DNA of 32,000 nucleotides from an uncultured Clostridia bacterium (GTDB taxonomy: Bacteria; Bacillota; Clostridia; Christensenellales; Aristaeellaceae): assembly GCA_937886445.1 (NCBI GenBank), contig CALGBY010000105.1:2586-34585 (forward strand), written 5' to 3'. The translations under genes were made by a program, and so were the position numbers. Of this stretch, positions 1-7,228 are shown piece by piece (within the stretch, counting starts at the first letter, position 1; every line of letters begins with the position of its first letter). The notes below the pieces were generated by a model, which did not search any database, was not told the DNA's origin, and worked only from the letters and a program-made list of their open reading frames with translations.

Positions 1-48
1 TCCCATCCGTGCCTGACAGGCCGTTCCATTTCTCCATTAAAAAAACAG

Positions 49-77
49 TTGACAAAACCTCTTTGTGCTGATATACT
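49..77 (+). promoter_or_regulatory. Sigma-70-type promoter for the tRNA-Ser operon
   Basis: TTGACA at 49-54, a 17-nt spacer, and TATACT at 72-77. It lies about 30 nt upstream of the first tRNA. Confidence 0.5.
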
Positions 78-106
78 TATTGAGCGTTCCGAAAGGCTGT
101 CAACAT

Positions 107-195
107 GGAGAGATGGCCGAGTGGTTTAAGGCGCCAGTCTTGAAAACTGGTGATGTCGCAAGACACCGGGGGTTCGAATCCCTTTCTCTCCGCCA
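107..195 (+). tRNA. tRNA-Ser (anticodon UGA), CCA encoded
   Basis: The 7-bp acceptor stem is GGAGAGA/TCTCTCC, followed by discriminator G and CCA. The anticodon stem is CCAGT/ACTGG with loop CTTGAAA, giving anticodon TGA. It has a long variable arm and a GGTTCGAATCC T-loop, which is class II Ser architecture. Confidence 0.95.
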
Positions 196-224
196 TTTTC
201 CACCAGAGCGCATGCAAGCCGGAT

Positions 225-316
225 GGAGAAGTACCCAAGTGGCCGAAGGGGCTCCCCTGCTAAGGGAGTAGTCCGGGGTAACCGGAGCGAGAGTTCAAAT
301 CTCTCCTTCTCCGCCA
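225..316 (+). tRNA. tRNA-Ser (anticodon GCU), CCA encoded
   Basis: The acceptor stem is GGAGAAG/CTTCTCC, followed by G and CCA. The anticodon stem is CTCCC/GGGAG with loop CTGCTAA, giving anticodon GCT. It has a long variable arm (TAGTCCGGGGTAACCGGAGC) and a T arm GAGAG-TTCAAAT-CTCTC. Confidence 0.95.
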
Positions 317-350
317 AATCGCCCAGATATGCAGTGTCTGGGCGATTTTT
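317..350 (+). terminator. Rho-independent terminator of the tRNA operon
   Basis: An 11-bp perfect stem pairs AATCGCCCAGA (317-327) with TCTGGGCGATT (337-347) around a 9-nt loop. The stem runs into a T tract (346-350). Confidence 0.8.
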
Positions 351-508
351 CTTGCTTTTTTGGCAATTATATACACATTTTTGATATATTCTACGATCTG
401 CCATATCTTTGCAGCCGAAAAAAGCATGAGTCAAATAACGTTATTATCAGTTATTTACGCTGTTATTTACATGCAAATTTGTTATATACAGGATTCTGTG
501 CTATACCA

Positions 509-569
509 GTTTGAAAATGTATACGGATCATTTTCAAACAGCCCATCGGTGTCTCTTCCGGAGGGCGGG
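509..569 (-). repeat. Copy A of a ~61-nt dispersed element: a GC-rich segment plus a 10-bp AT-rich hairpin
   Basis: The reverse complement of 509-569 aligns with 2321-2382 at roughly 85% identity by hand alignment. The shared core is CCTCCGGAnGAGACnCCnATGGGCTGTTTGAAAAT...ATTTTCAAAC. This copy lies about 60 nt downstream of the buk stop codon, on the same strand as buk. Confidence 0.7.
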
Positions 570-631
570 CCATAAGTGTAAAGCAAATACCGTTAAATGA
601 TGGATGATCACGATTTTTTGCCTTTTTACGT

Positions 632-1732
632 TTACAGATCTGTTCCGTCAAATCCTTCCCATACCGGCTTGCCGGTATAAGTATGAATAGGCTCCTGCCC
701 CCGCAGGGCGCGCAAAACGGAAAACGCCAGGGCGTCCTGCTCCATTTCGCCGGGATAAACGGTGATAGGTGCGATCCAGCCGCAGCGTGCCCGGATGCCC
801 TCAAAAATATCGGTAAAACGCATCAGTCCGCCGGTGAGCAAAATGCCGTCCACCCGGCCGGACAAAACGGCGCTCATGGCTCCGATCTCTTTGCTGACCT
901 GATAGATCAGGGTATTCCAGACCAGGTTAGCCTTCCTGTCACCTGCTTCTTTCATCTGATGGATCTTGTCGGAATCTGCGGTGCCGAACAGACTGACAAA
1001 GCCGCCGGCCCGAGAACACATCAGGCGCACCTCGGATACGGAGTGAGCCTCAATATAATCCAGAAGCGGCAGCACCGGCACACTGCCGATCCGGGTGGGT
1101 GCAAAGGGCCCGTCGCCGCCGGCTCCTACATTTCCATCCACCATGAAGCCATGGGCATGGGCATGAACGGTAACGCCCCCATCAATATGCGCCACGATCA
1201 AATTGCATTCCTCATAGGCTTTCCCAATATTGCGGGCATGGGCCTGGGCTACAGCTTTCTGGTTAAGAGTATGGGCCTGGGCATTGCGGTAGACACCTTT
1301 GATACCGGTGAGTCGTGCGTAATCACAGAATTCATCCACGTTGGTGGGATTCAAGGTATACATAGGCCGATGGAGCTCATGCCCCAGCTCCCAAGCCAGC
1401 ATCACGCCCAGTTTGGCAGCGTGTTCACTGCCGCCGACCGCATTGACCGTATCCAGATATAGCTTTTGGTCAATGAGGGTCACGCCGGAGGGCTGGGTGA
1501 AAGCGCTGCCGCCCCGCCCCACAAATACGTCAATATCCGAAAGCGTTACCCCGTGTCGGGAAAGCATTTCCCGGATCACCTGCTTGCGGAAAGGAATCTG
1601 ATCATTGACCGAAGGATATTGTAAAAGGACGGGGGCATCGTGAAACTGACTTTCGGTAAACAACTGGTTATCATCTTCATACAGGCTCACTTTGGTAGAG
1701 GTGGAGCCGGGGTTGATAATGAAAAGCTTCAT
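632..1732 (-). CDS. buk: Butyrate kinase (acetate/butyrate kinase family)
   Basis: The N-terminus MKLFIINPGSTSTKVSLYEDD is the ASKHA kinase signature of butyrate kinases, and the ~366-aa length fits. I trimmed the start from the track value (1768) to the ATG at 1732, which follows AGAAAGG. Confidence 0.9.
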   Translation of the reverse strand: MKLFIINPGSTSTKVSLYEDDNQLFTESQFHDAPVLLQYPSVNDQIPFRKQVIREMLSRHGVTLSDIDVFVGRGGSAFTQPSGVTLIDQKLYLDTVNAVGGSEHAAKLGVMLAWELGHELHRPMYTLNPTNVDEFCDYARLTGIKGVYRNAQAHTLNQKAVAQAHARNIGKAYEECNLIVAHIDGGVTVHAHAHGFMVDGNVGAGGDGPFAPTRIGSVPVLPLLDYIEAHSVSEVRLMCSRAGGFVSLFGTADSDKIHQMKEAGDRKANLVWNTLIYQVSKEIGAMSAVLSGRVDGILLTGGLMRFTDIFEGIRARCGWIAPITVYPGEMEQDALAFSVLRALRGQEPIHTYTGKPVWEGFDGTDL

Positions 1733-1828
1733 AGAATGGCCTTTCTGATATGATGTATTGATGGACACCGGTACGCGGCGGAAGGAACCTTTTCAGCAGA
1801 ACCTGCTTCACGGAAAAGGGATCAATTC

Positions 1829-1857
1829 ATTATAACATTGCGTATTTCCGGGTTCAA
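1829..1857 (-). promoter_or_regulatory. Candidate sigma-70 promoter of buk
   Basis: On the minus strand there is TTGAAC (1857-1852), a 17-nt spacer, and TATAAT (1834-1829). This implies a leader of about 90 nt before the buk ATG. Confidence 0.5.
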
Positions 1858-2098
1858 GTGGAAGGGATAGGTGAAATTCATTTACCGAACGGATGAAACA
1901 GAGCAAAAATAACAGAATCCGGACAGTCACACTGTAAATTTTTATCTCGCAGAAATGAACAGGATATGACAAATCCTGTTTCGTCTGTTTGCAGAAAAAA
2001 ACATTCGATGCCCGCGATCAAATCAATGATTTTTCAGCCTAATGATCGATCTTTCAACATTGACCGGTCAGGCGGCCGTATCCGTTAATAGATCCCAT

Positions 2099-2140
2099 AA
2101 AAAATCTCCGACAGCTTTTGACAGCTGCCGGAGATTTTTT
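2099..2140. terminator. Bidirectional Rho-independent terminator hairpin
   Basis: AAAAAATCTCCGACAGCT (2099-2116) pairs with AGCTGCCGGAGATTTTTT (2123-2140) with one mismatch and a 6-nt loop. The A6 tract upstream and T6 tract downstream would let it terminate transcription in either direction. Confidence 0.7.
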
Positions 2141-2150
2141 ATGTCTCAGA

Positions 2151-2315
2151 TTAGGGTGTGTCTCTAAAATGAGGAATGTGCAGTTTCAAGCAGATTTTCC
2201 GTCAGTTCAAGGCGAAGAACCGAAGGTTTACTGGAGGTAAATCGAGGTTCGACAACGCAGAAATGACGGAAAAGATGCTGAAAATGCATCGTTTTGAATT
2301 TAGAAACACACCCTA
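2151..2315. ncRNA. Candidate structured RNA or MITE-like inverted repeat (~165-nt rod-like imperfect hairpin); identity unknown
   Basis: The outer stem pairs 2152-2168 with 2299-2315, 16 of 17 positions. A perfect 10-bp inner stem pairs TTTTCCGTCA (2195-2204) with TGACGGAAAA (2264-2273). Between them are partial pairs, 2179-2192 with 2276-2288. No credible ORF is present. Confidence 0.3.
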
Positions 2316-2320
2316 CTTAA

Positions 2321-2382
2321 CCCGTCCTCCGGATGAGACGCCAATGGGCTGTTTGAAAATAGGCCGTACACTATTTTCAAAC
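2321..2382 (+). repeat. Copy B of the ~61-nt dispersed element
   Basis: CCCGTCCTCCGGATGAGACGCCAATGGGCTG is followed by the hairpin GTTTGAAAAT-(12 nt)-ATTTTCAAAC. It matches the reverse complement of 509-569. It lies 25 nt beyond the stop codon of the convergent adhesin gene. Confidence 0.7.
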
Positions 2383-2406
2383 ATAATCCCATTATGACTC
2401 AGGGCA

Positions 2407-5400
2407 TCACTCGACGCAATCGCCGCAAGTCAGGCTCTGGCTCGAAGCGCCTCTGGGCACATCGAAATTATCCACAATGATAATGCCTCTCGAGCTGTAC
2501 AGCACGGTGACAGTCAGATCCTTGGCATACATCATTCCGGAAACTACTGACTTACTGGCTCTGTACCCTTCGAAATAGGGAGACTCCACATAATAGTTAT
2601 CGCAGTACGCAAGCTTCTCAATGTGGGGTTCAGCCATCTGCGCGCCGGTATCGGCATTCACATACTGTACCGTCAACGTGTAGTACACGGTGGTGTACTT
2701 AACTTCCACATACACATTTTCAAGCCCCATTACGCCGGTCACGCGTTCCTGATCCGGTTTGAATCCGGTAATGCTGATAGACGCAACATCATAAGGCTGA
2801 CCGTAGTAGTACACATTGGTGAAGGTATCCTGAAGCTCACCGCCAAGCGTATAGTCGATCGTCAAACGGTATCTGTTCAAATCATTGATGATATCATAGC
2901 CGTCATAAACGGTGCTGTAGCCGGGGATCTCATCCATGTAGATCTGATACTCGATCTCCGCAGCGGTTTCCACATTGAACCTGGGAAGATCTTCAAACAG
3001 ATAATCCCATACGTTGCTGTCGTTTACCACCGCGTGTACCGAGATACCGGTCTCCTCTCCGTCAGCCAGCAGCTTGATGATGATGTCACCCGGACGGGTA
3101 GCATATTCATCATCAAAGTCGTTCCAAATCACCTTTCCGGCAATATCAATTGTGGTATCACCGGTGATTTCCAGTTCACCGTCTTCTACGATGATCGTTA
3201 CCTTGTCATAGTACGGAGCTGTAACGGCAAAGTGATCTTCTGTCAGTCCCATCGGATAAAGGCCAACGATGATTCCCTTGGCGATCGCTTCTTTTCCGTC
3301 CTTCAAAGCAACTGTTACGGAGTTATCTGTTACAGCAGAACGCTCACCGTTCGCAGTCCTCTCCAGTACCGCAGTGTAGCCCTCGACCTTCTGCTCCACA
3401 TCCTTAATGTACTCGACAGACAGCTTGTTACCGGTTATGTTCACGATCAGTTCCGCGGCATTTGTGACGACCAGTGTACCTTCATCCACACGGACTGTGT
3501 AGTTGGCAACCGCTTTATCATCCTTGAAAGTGTAAACGATTTCATTCTTCACTTCGCCGGGGATGGCAAGTCTGGCAGGAGCATTGTATTCCACACCGTC
3601 ACGGGCATAGAACTCGCCTTCATCAAAGAAGATATCCGGCATGCTGCGTTCCACAGGCTCACCGCTCGCATCGGTTTCATAGGACCACTCACCGTTTTCG
3701 GTTCTCATAACGACCGTCTTCGGATCGATGATCAGAGCACCGTCAACAATATTGAAGGTAACCTTGCTGAAGTTACCGTTGGTGTTCACGAAGTCTTCTG
3801 CCTTCAACTGCATCTCATAGGTTCCGGCGTCGATACCGGTCACACTGTCGATGCCGTTGAATTCGAAGTCCGCTTCGGTGTACAGCGCGGTATCCGCTTC
3901 GAAGTCGTAGCCGGTCACCTCGCGATCTTCTCCGTTGTAGTCCACTTCATCGCTGTGCTCGGTGATGGTGACCACCACTTCGATGGGCTTGATCACCAGG
4001 GCGCCGTCCACAATGTTGAAGGTGACCTTGCTGAAGTTCTTGTTGGTGTTCTCGAAGTCTCCCGCGGTCAGGGCCATCTCGTAGGTGCCGGCATCGGTGC
4101 CGGTGACCTTCGCTTCGCCGCTGAAGGTGAAGTCTTCTTCGGTGTACAGCGTGTTGTCGGATTCGAAGTCGTAGCCGCTCACTTCATGCTGCTTGCCGTC
4201 ATAGTCCACTTCATCGCTGTGCTCGGTGATGGTGACCACCACTTCGATGGGATCGATCACCAGAGCGCCGTCCACGATGTTGAAGGTGACCTTGCTGAAG
4301 TTCTTGTTGGTGTTCTCGAAGTCTCCCGCGGTCAGGGCCATCTCGTAGGTGCCGGCATCGGTGCCGGTGACCTTCGCTTCGCCGCTGAAGGTGAAGTCTT
4401 CTTCGGTGTACAGCGCGGTATTGGCTTCGAAATCGTAGCCCGTCACTCCGTGCTGCTTGCCGTCATAGTCCATTTCATCGCTGTGTTCGGTGATGGTGAC
4501 CACCACTTCGATGGGATCGATCACCAGCGCGCCATCCTTCACCACGATGAAGGTCACGTCGAAGTTATCGGTATCGCCATAGCTGAAATCGTCCGCATCC
4601 AGACCCATCGGGTAGGTATCCACATTCGTGCCCTTCGCGGTGGCATCGCCGCTGAAGGTAACCAGTGTCTCATCAAACAGCTCGTTATCGCTGCTCAGCT
4701 TATAGCCAGTCACACTCTGTTCTTTTCCGTTATAGGTCTTCGTGTCACTCTTTCCGGTGATCTTGATCACCATCTCAGCTTTAGTCACCGTTAGGGTTCC
4801 GATGACGTCGGTACCATGGACATAGTTCGATGCCTTGGCACCGGTCCAGCTGATATACTCATAGTTGTTTTTGGTGCTGCCAACATCTGTAATAGTTCCG
4901 TTCGCGGATACCGTCGCGGTCTCACCATTCACAAGGCCCTTCACCGTTGCCGTCGCATTGGTCAGTTCCTTGCCGTCATAGACTTTGGAACCGGAAGCGG
5001 TTTCCACATAATAGCTAGCAGGTTTGATTTCCAGACTGCCATCCGTTACCTTGAAAACCACTTTGACATTGCCATCGCTATAACTGAAGTCATCCTCGCT
5101 ATAACCGATGCCGGTCTTGGTGACCACATCGGTAGAAGTTACCTTCTTGGGGGTATAAACAACCTTGCTCTCGTCAAACAGTTCACTGTCGCACACAAAG
5201 GTGACAGCCGTCGCCGTATATTCGGTGCCATCATAGGTTGTGCTGATCACCTCACCGATCACTTCTACTTCAATGGCAGAAGAAGTCACTTCAAGGGTCC
5301 CGAGGTGCTTTTCCACGGTATAGTCGGTCTCTTCCGCCGTTTGGTCAAAGACCAGCGTATAGGTATTTGTGTCAGAGCCGATCTCGGTACGGCTTCCCGT

Positions 5401-7170
5401 TACGGTAAAGGTAGCCGTTTCGTTGTTCTTGAAGCCTTCGATCTTTCCGCCCGCGGTAAGCGCGGTTCCGTCGTAAGGCTTATCGGCACTTTCTGTAGTC
5501 ACAACAAGAGTGGCGGGAGTGATCTTCACCGTTGCGGTCTCGATCTTGGTGATGTTCAGCTTACCGGTGACATCCTCACCCTTCGCGTTTACGATCACCA
5601 GTGTGTCCACAGTCACTTTCTTTTCTTTGTCGGACACATGAGTCACGCTTACATTGGTTCCGGCAGTCTGCACCGTGTAGCCCGTGGGAACGGTGATATC
5701 CTTAACAGAGCCGGCCAGCAGCGTTCCGTCATATTCCTTTTCGCCGCCGACGGTCTCAACAACGATCTCATCGGTGCTTTCGTTGATCTGCAGCCAGCCG
5801 TCCTCGATTTCAAATGTAACGCTGAGGTTGTTATCGCTATAGCTGAACTGGCTGGAAGCAAGCCCCATATAATAGGTAGAAACATCGGTTCCCTTAGCCA
5901 CAGCAGAACCGTTGAAAGCCACCTTTGATTTATCAAACAGAGGGCTGTCGCATGACAGTGTATATCCCATCACGCTCTGTTCTTTTCCGTTATAGGTTCT
6001 GGTATCTGTGGCACCCGTCACATAAACGACCACAGAAGAGGCTTCCTTCACTTCCAGAGTGCCCAAAACCTGAGTGATTTTATAGTTGCCCGGCTTTGTA
6101 TTGCTGTTCAGCGTATAGGTGAATGTATTTTCGCTCGTACCGATATCCGTACGGGAGCCAGTCACATTGGCAGTATAGCCTTCTCCCGCAACAAAACCGT
6201 CGCCACTTTCCGTTACGGTTTTCGCTGTCAAAGGTGTGCCGTCATAGCCCTTTGTCGCGCTGGCGGAGGTAAGCGTTACGCTGCGGGGGGTAACGGTCAG
6301 TTTTCCTTCCGCAGGTACACAGCCTTTGTAACTCGTCGTTACATCCTTGGAACCGCGCATGACCTTCCAGGAGGTATAAGTGATCTTGCTGTCGGAGTTT
6401 CCGGCATCGGTCTGGGAACCGGAAACGCTGACGCCGGTCAGAACAAGCTCATCGCCCGACTGAAGGCCGCTGACAGTATAGGAAAGGCCTTCTGCAGTCA
6501 ACGCTTTTCCGTCATACATTTTCTCCGCCGTCGGCGCTTTTACAGTTATGAAACCAAGATCTTCCGCGATCTCATTGAAGAACTCAGCATTCACTTCGCA
6601 GGCAATTGTAAATCCACCGGCGTTTGCCGCCAGATTTATCGTATTTTCCGCTGTCTGTTCAATCCCGAAAATAGAATCCAGCTGTTCCTTCGGCACTTCA
6701 AACACAACCCACAGGTCCGTACCCTTACCGGTAAAGGCACCCGGAGTGCCGAAATCGATCTGCTCTGTGCCGGTATCAAAGACGAATCCCTTTGAGAATT
6801 GCTTCAAGTTGACGCCTTCCGGAGGATTCAACTGCTGGTTCAATCCTTTGGTAGTGGCAAAAGACACATAATAATAGGTCTCTTCCTTGCCTGTCGCACT
6901 GTCAATGACTTTTTCGGACCATATGGCCGCCACTTTGTTTTTTCCGTTCGTTGATGAAGCGCCGGAAATGATTTGAGCAATATTACCGTTTGAAGTAACG
7001 GTTGCCTTACCGGAGTCGGTTTTTGAATCGATCACGACAAAATCCGGCCGTCCGCCAAGAGGCCCCATAAAGCCGGAGCCTCCGCCCGCGGCAAACGCCT
7101 GAACAGGGAAAACGCTGAAAACCATGACCAGCGCAGCGACCCAGGCAATCAATTTTTCAAATTTTCTCAT
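2407..7170 (-). CDS. Giant secreted surface/adhesin protein (1587 aa): signal peptide, many MBG-type repeats, a CnaB-like domain, and MucBP-like C-terminal repeats
   Basis: AAGGAG lies 9 nt before the ATG. The N-terminal signal peptide is MRKFEKLIAWVAALVMVFSVFPVQAFA. Modules of the form K-x-YDG-x-x-LTA...GTLxV alternate with T-YNGKEQSVTGY...DG-L-I modules. A CnaB-like segment reads GKVIWNDFDDEYATRPGDIIIKLLADGEE. The C-terminus has Y-rich MucBP-like repeats. Confidence 0.9.
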   Translation of the reverse strand: MRKFEKLIAWVAALVMVFSVFPVQAFAAGGGSGFMGPLGGRPDFVVIDSKTDSGKATVTSNGNIAQIISGASSTNGKNKVAAIWSEKVIDSATGKEETYYYVSFATTKGLNQQLNPPEGVNLKQFSKGFVFDTGTEQIDFGTPGAFTGKGTDLWVVFEVPKEQLDSIFGIEQTAENTINLAANAGGFTIACEVNAEFFNEIAEDLGFITVKAPTAEKMYDGKALTAEGLSYTVSGLQSGDELVLTGVSVSGSQTDAGNSDSKITYTSWKVMRGSKDVTTSYKGCVPAEGKLTVTPRSVTLTSASATKGYDGTPLTAKTVTESGDGFVAGEGYTANVTGSRTDIGTSENTFTYTLNSNTKPGNYKITQVLGTLEVKEASSVVVYVTGATDTRTYNGKEQSVMGYTLSCDSPLFDKSKVAFNGSAVAKGTDVSTYYMGLASSQFSYSDNNLSVTFEIEDGWLQINESTDEIVVETVGGEKEYDGTLLAGSVKDITVPTGYTVQTAGTNVSVTHVSDKEKKVTVDTLVIVNAKGEDVTGKLNITKIETATVKITPATLVVTTESADKPYDGTALTAGGKIEGFKNNETATFTVTGSRTEIGSDTNTYTLVFDQTAEETDYTVEKHLGTLEVTSSAIEVEVIGEVISTTYDGTEYTATAVTFVCDSELFDESKVVYTPKKVTSTDVVTKTGIGYSEDDFSYSDGNVKVVFKVTDGSLEIKPASYYVETASGSKVYDGKELTNATATVKGLVNGETATVSANGTITDVGSTKNNYEYISWTGAKASNYVHGTDVIGTLTVTKAEMVIKITGKSDTKTYNGKEQSVTGYKLSSDNELFDETLVTFSGDATAKGTNVDTYPMGLDADDFSYGDTDNFDVTFIVVKDGALVIDPIEVVVTITEHSDEMDYDGKQHGVTGYDFEANTALYTEEDFTFSGEAKVTGTDAGTYEMALTAGDFENTNKNFSKVTFNIVDGALVIDPIEVVVTITEHSDEVDYDGKQHEVSGYDFESDNTLYTEEDFTFSGEAKVTGTDAGTYEMALTAGDFENTNKNFSKVTFNIVDGALVIKPIEVVVTITEHSDEVDYNGEDREVTGYDFEADTALYTEADFEFNGIDSVTGIDAGTYEMQLKAEDFVNTNGNFSKVTFNIVDGALIIDPKTVVMRTENGEWSYETDASGEPVERSMPDIFFDEGEFYARDGVEYNAPARLAIPGEVKNEIVYTFKDDKAVANYTVRVDEGTLVVTNAAELIVNITGNKLSVEYIKDVEQKVEGYTAVLERTANGERSAVTDNSVTVALKDGKEAIAKGIIVGLYPMGLTEDHFAVTAPYYDKVTIIVEDGELEITGDTTIDIAGKVIWNDFDDEYATRPGDIIIKLLADGEETGISVHAVVNDSNVWDYLFEDLPRFNVETAAEIEYQIYMDEIPGYSTVYDGYDIINDLNRYRLTIDYTLGGELQDTFTNVYYYGQPYDVASISITGFKPDQERVTGVMGLENVYVEVKYTTVYYTLTVQYVNADTGAQMAEPHIEKLAYCDNYYVESPYFEGYRASKSVVSGMMYAKDLTVTVLYSSRGIIIVDNFDVPRGASSQSLTCGDCVE
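3721..4512. repeat. Three tandem 264-bp (88-aa) repeats inside the adhesin gene
   Basis: The landmark TCCACTTCAT/TCCATTTCAT recurs at 3941, 4205 and 4469, a period of exactly 264 bp. Copies 3985-4248 and 4249-4512 differ at only about 17 positions by hand comparison and share a >100-bp identical core. Copy 3721-3984 is more diverged. Confidence 0.95.
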
Positions 7171-7228
7171 CTGTGTTCACTCCTTACTAACTGATGGCCG
7201 TAAAAAGGTATCTGTTCCCTGTTCTGCA

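Noticed and set aside
65-434. The track ORFs 65-271 (+) and 126-434 (-), which lie across the tRNA region.
   Set aside because: They lie entirely over two well-folded tRNA-Ser genes and their terminator. They have no RBS and are artefacts of ORF calling.
2151-2315. Calling the rod-like hairpin a 6S RNA.
   Set aside because: Only the general long-rod shape fits. I cannot identify the large central bubble or any conserved 6S sequence features, and there is no supporting synteny. I kept it as an unassigned structured element.
2176-2397. A 73-aa ORF inside the rod-like hairpin and dispersed-repeat region.
   Set aside because: The GAGGA motif lies only 1 nt from the ATG and the product is basic and low-complexity. 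The similarity of its C-terminus to the ORF at 463-804 is explained by the DNA repeat read in frame, not by a protein family.
107-2400. The tRNA-Ser pair as the attachment site of an integrated mobile element.
   Set aside because: No integrase or recombinase gene is present, and I could find no direct repeat of either tRNA 3' end elsewhere in the window. The GC-rich housekeeping gene buk lies between the tRNAs and the lower-GC surface-protein block.
3721-4512. The possibility that the regularly spaced repeats at 3721-4512 (and those at 7694-8050) are a CRISPR array or satellite.
   Set aside because: The units are contiguous with no unique spacers. Their lengths (264 bp and 87 bp) are multiples of three, and they sit in frame within long ORFs. 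They are coding tandem repeats.
2623-5928. Long plus-strand ORFs (2623-4794, 723 aa; 4816-5928, 370 aa) opposite the adhesin gene.
   Set aside because: These are antisense shadow ORFs. Their repetitive Gly/His/Val-rich translations mirror the adhesin repeats and they have no RBS. The minus-strand frame carries a signal peptide and recognisable adhesin domains.
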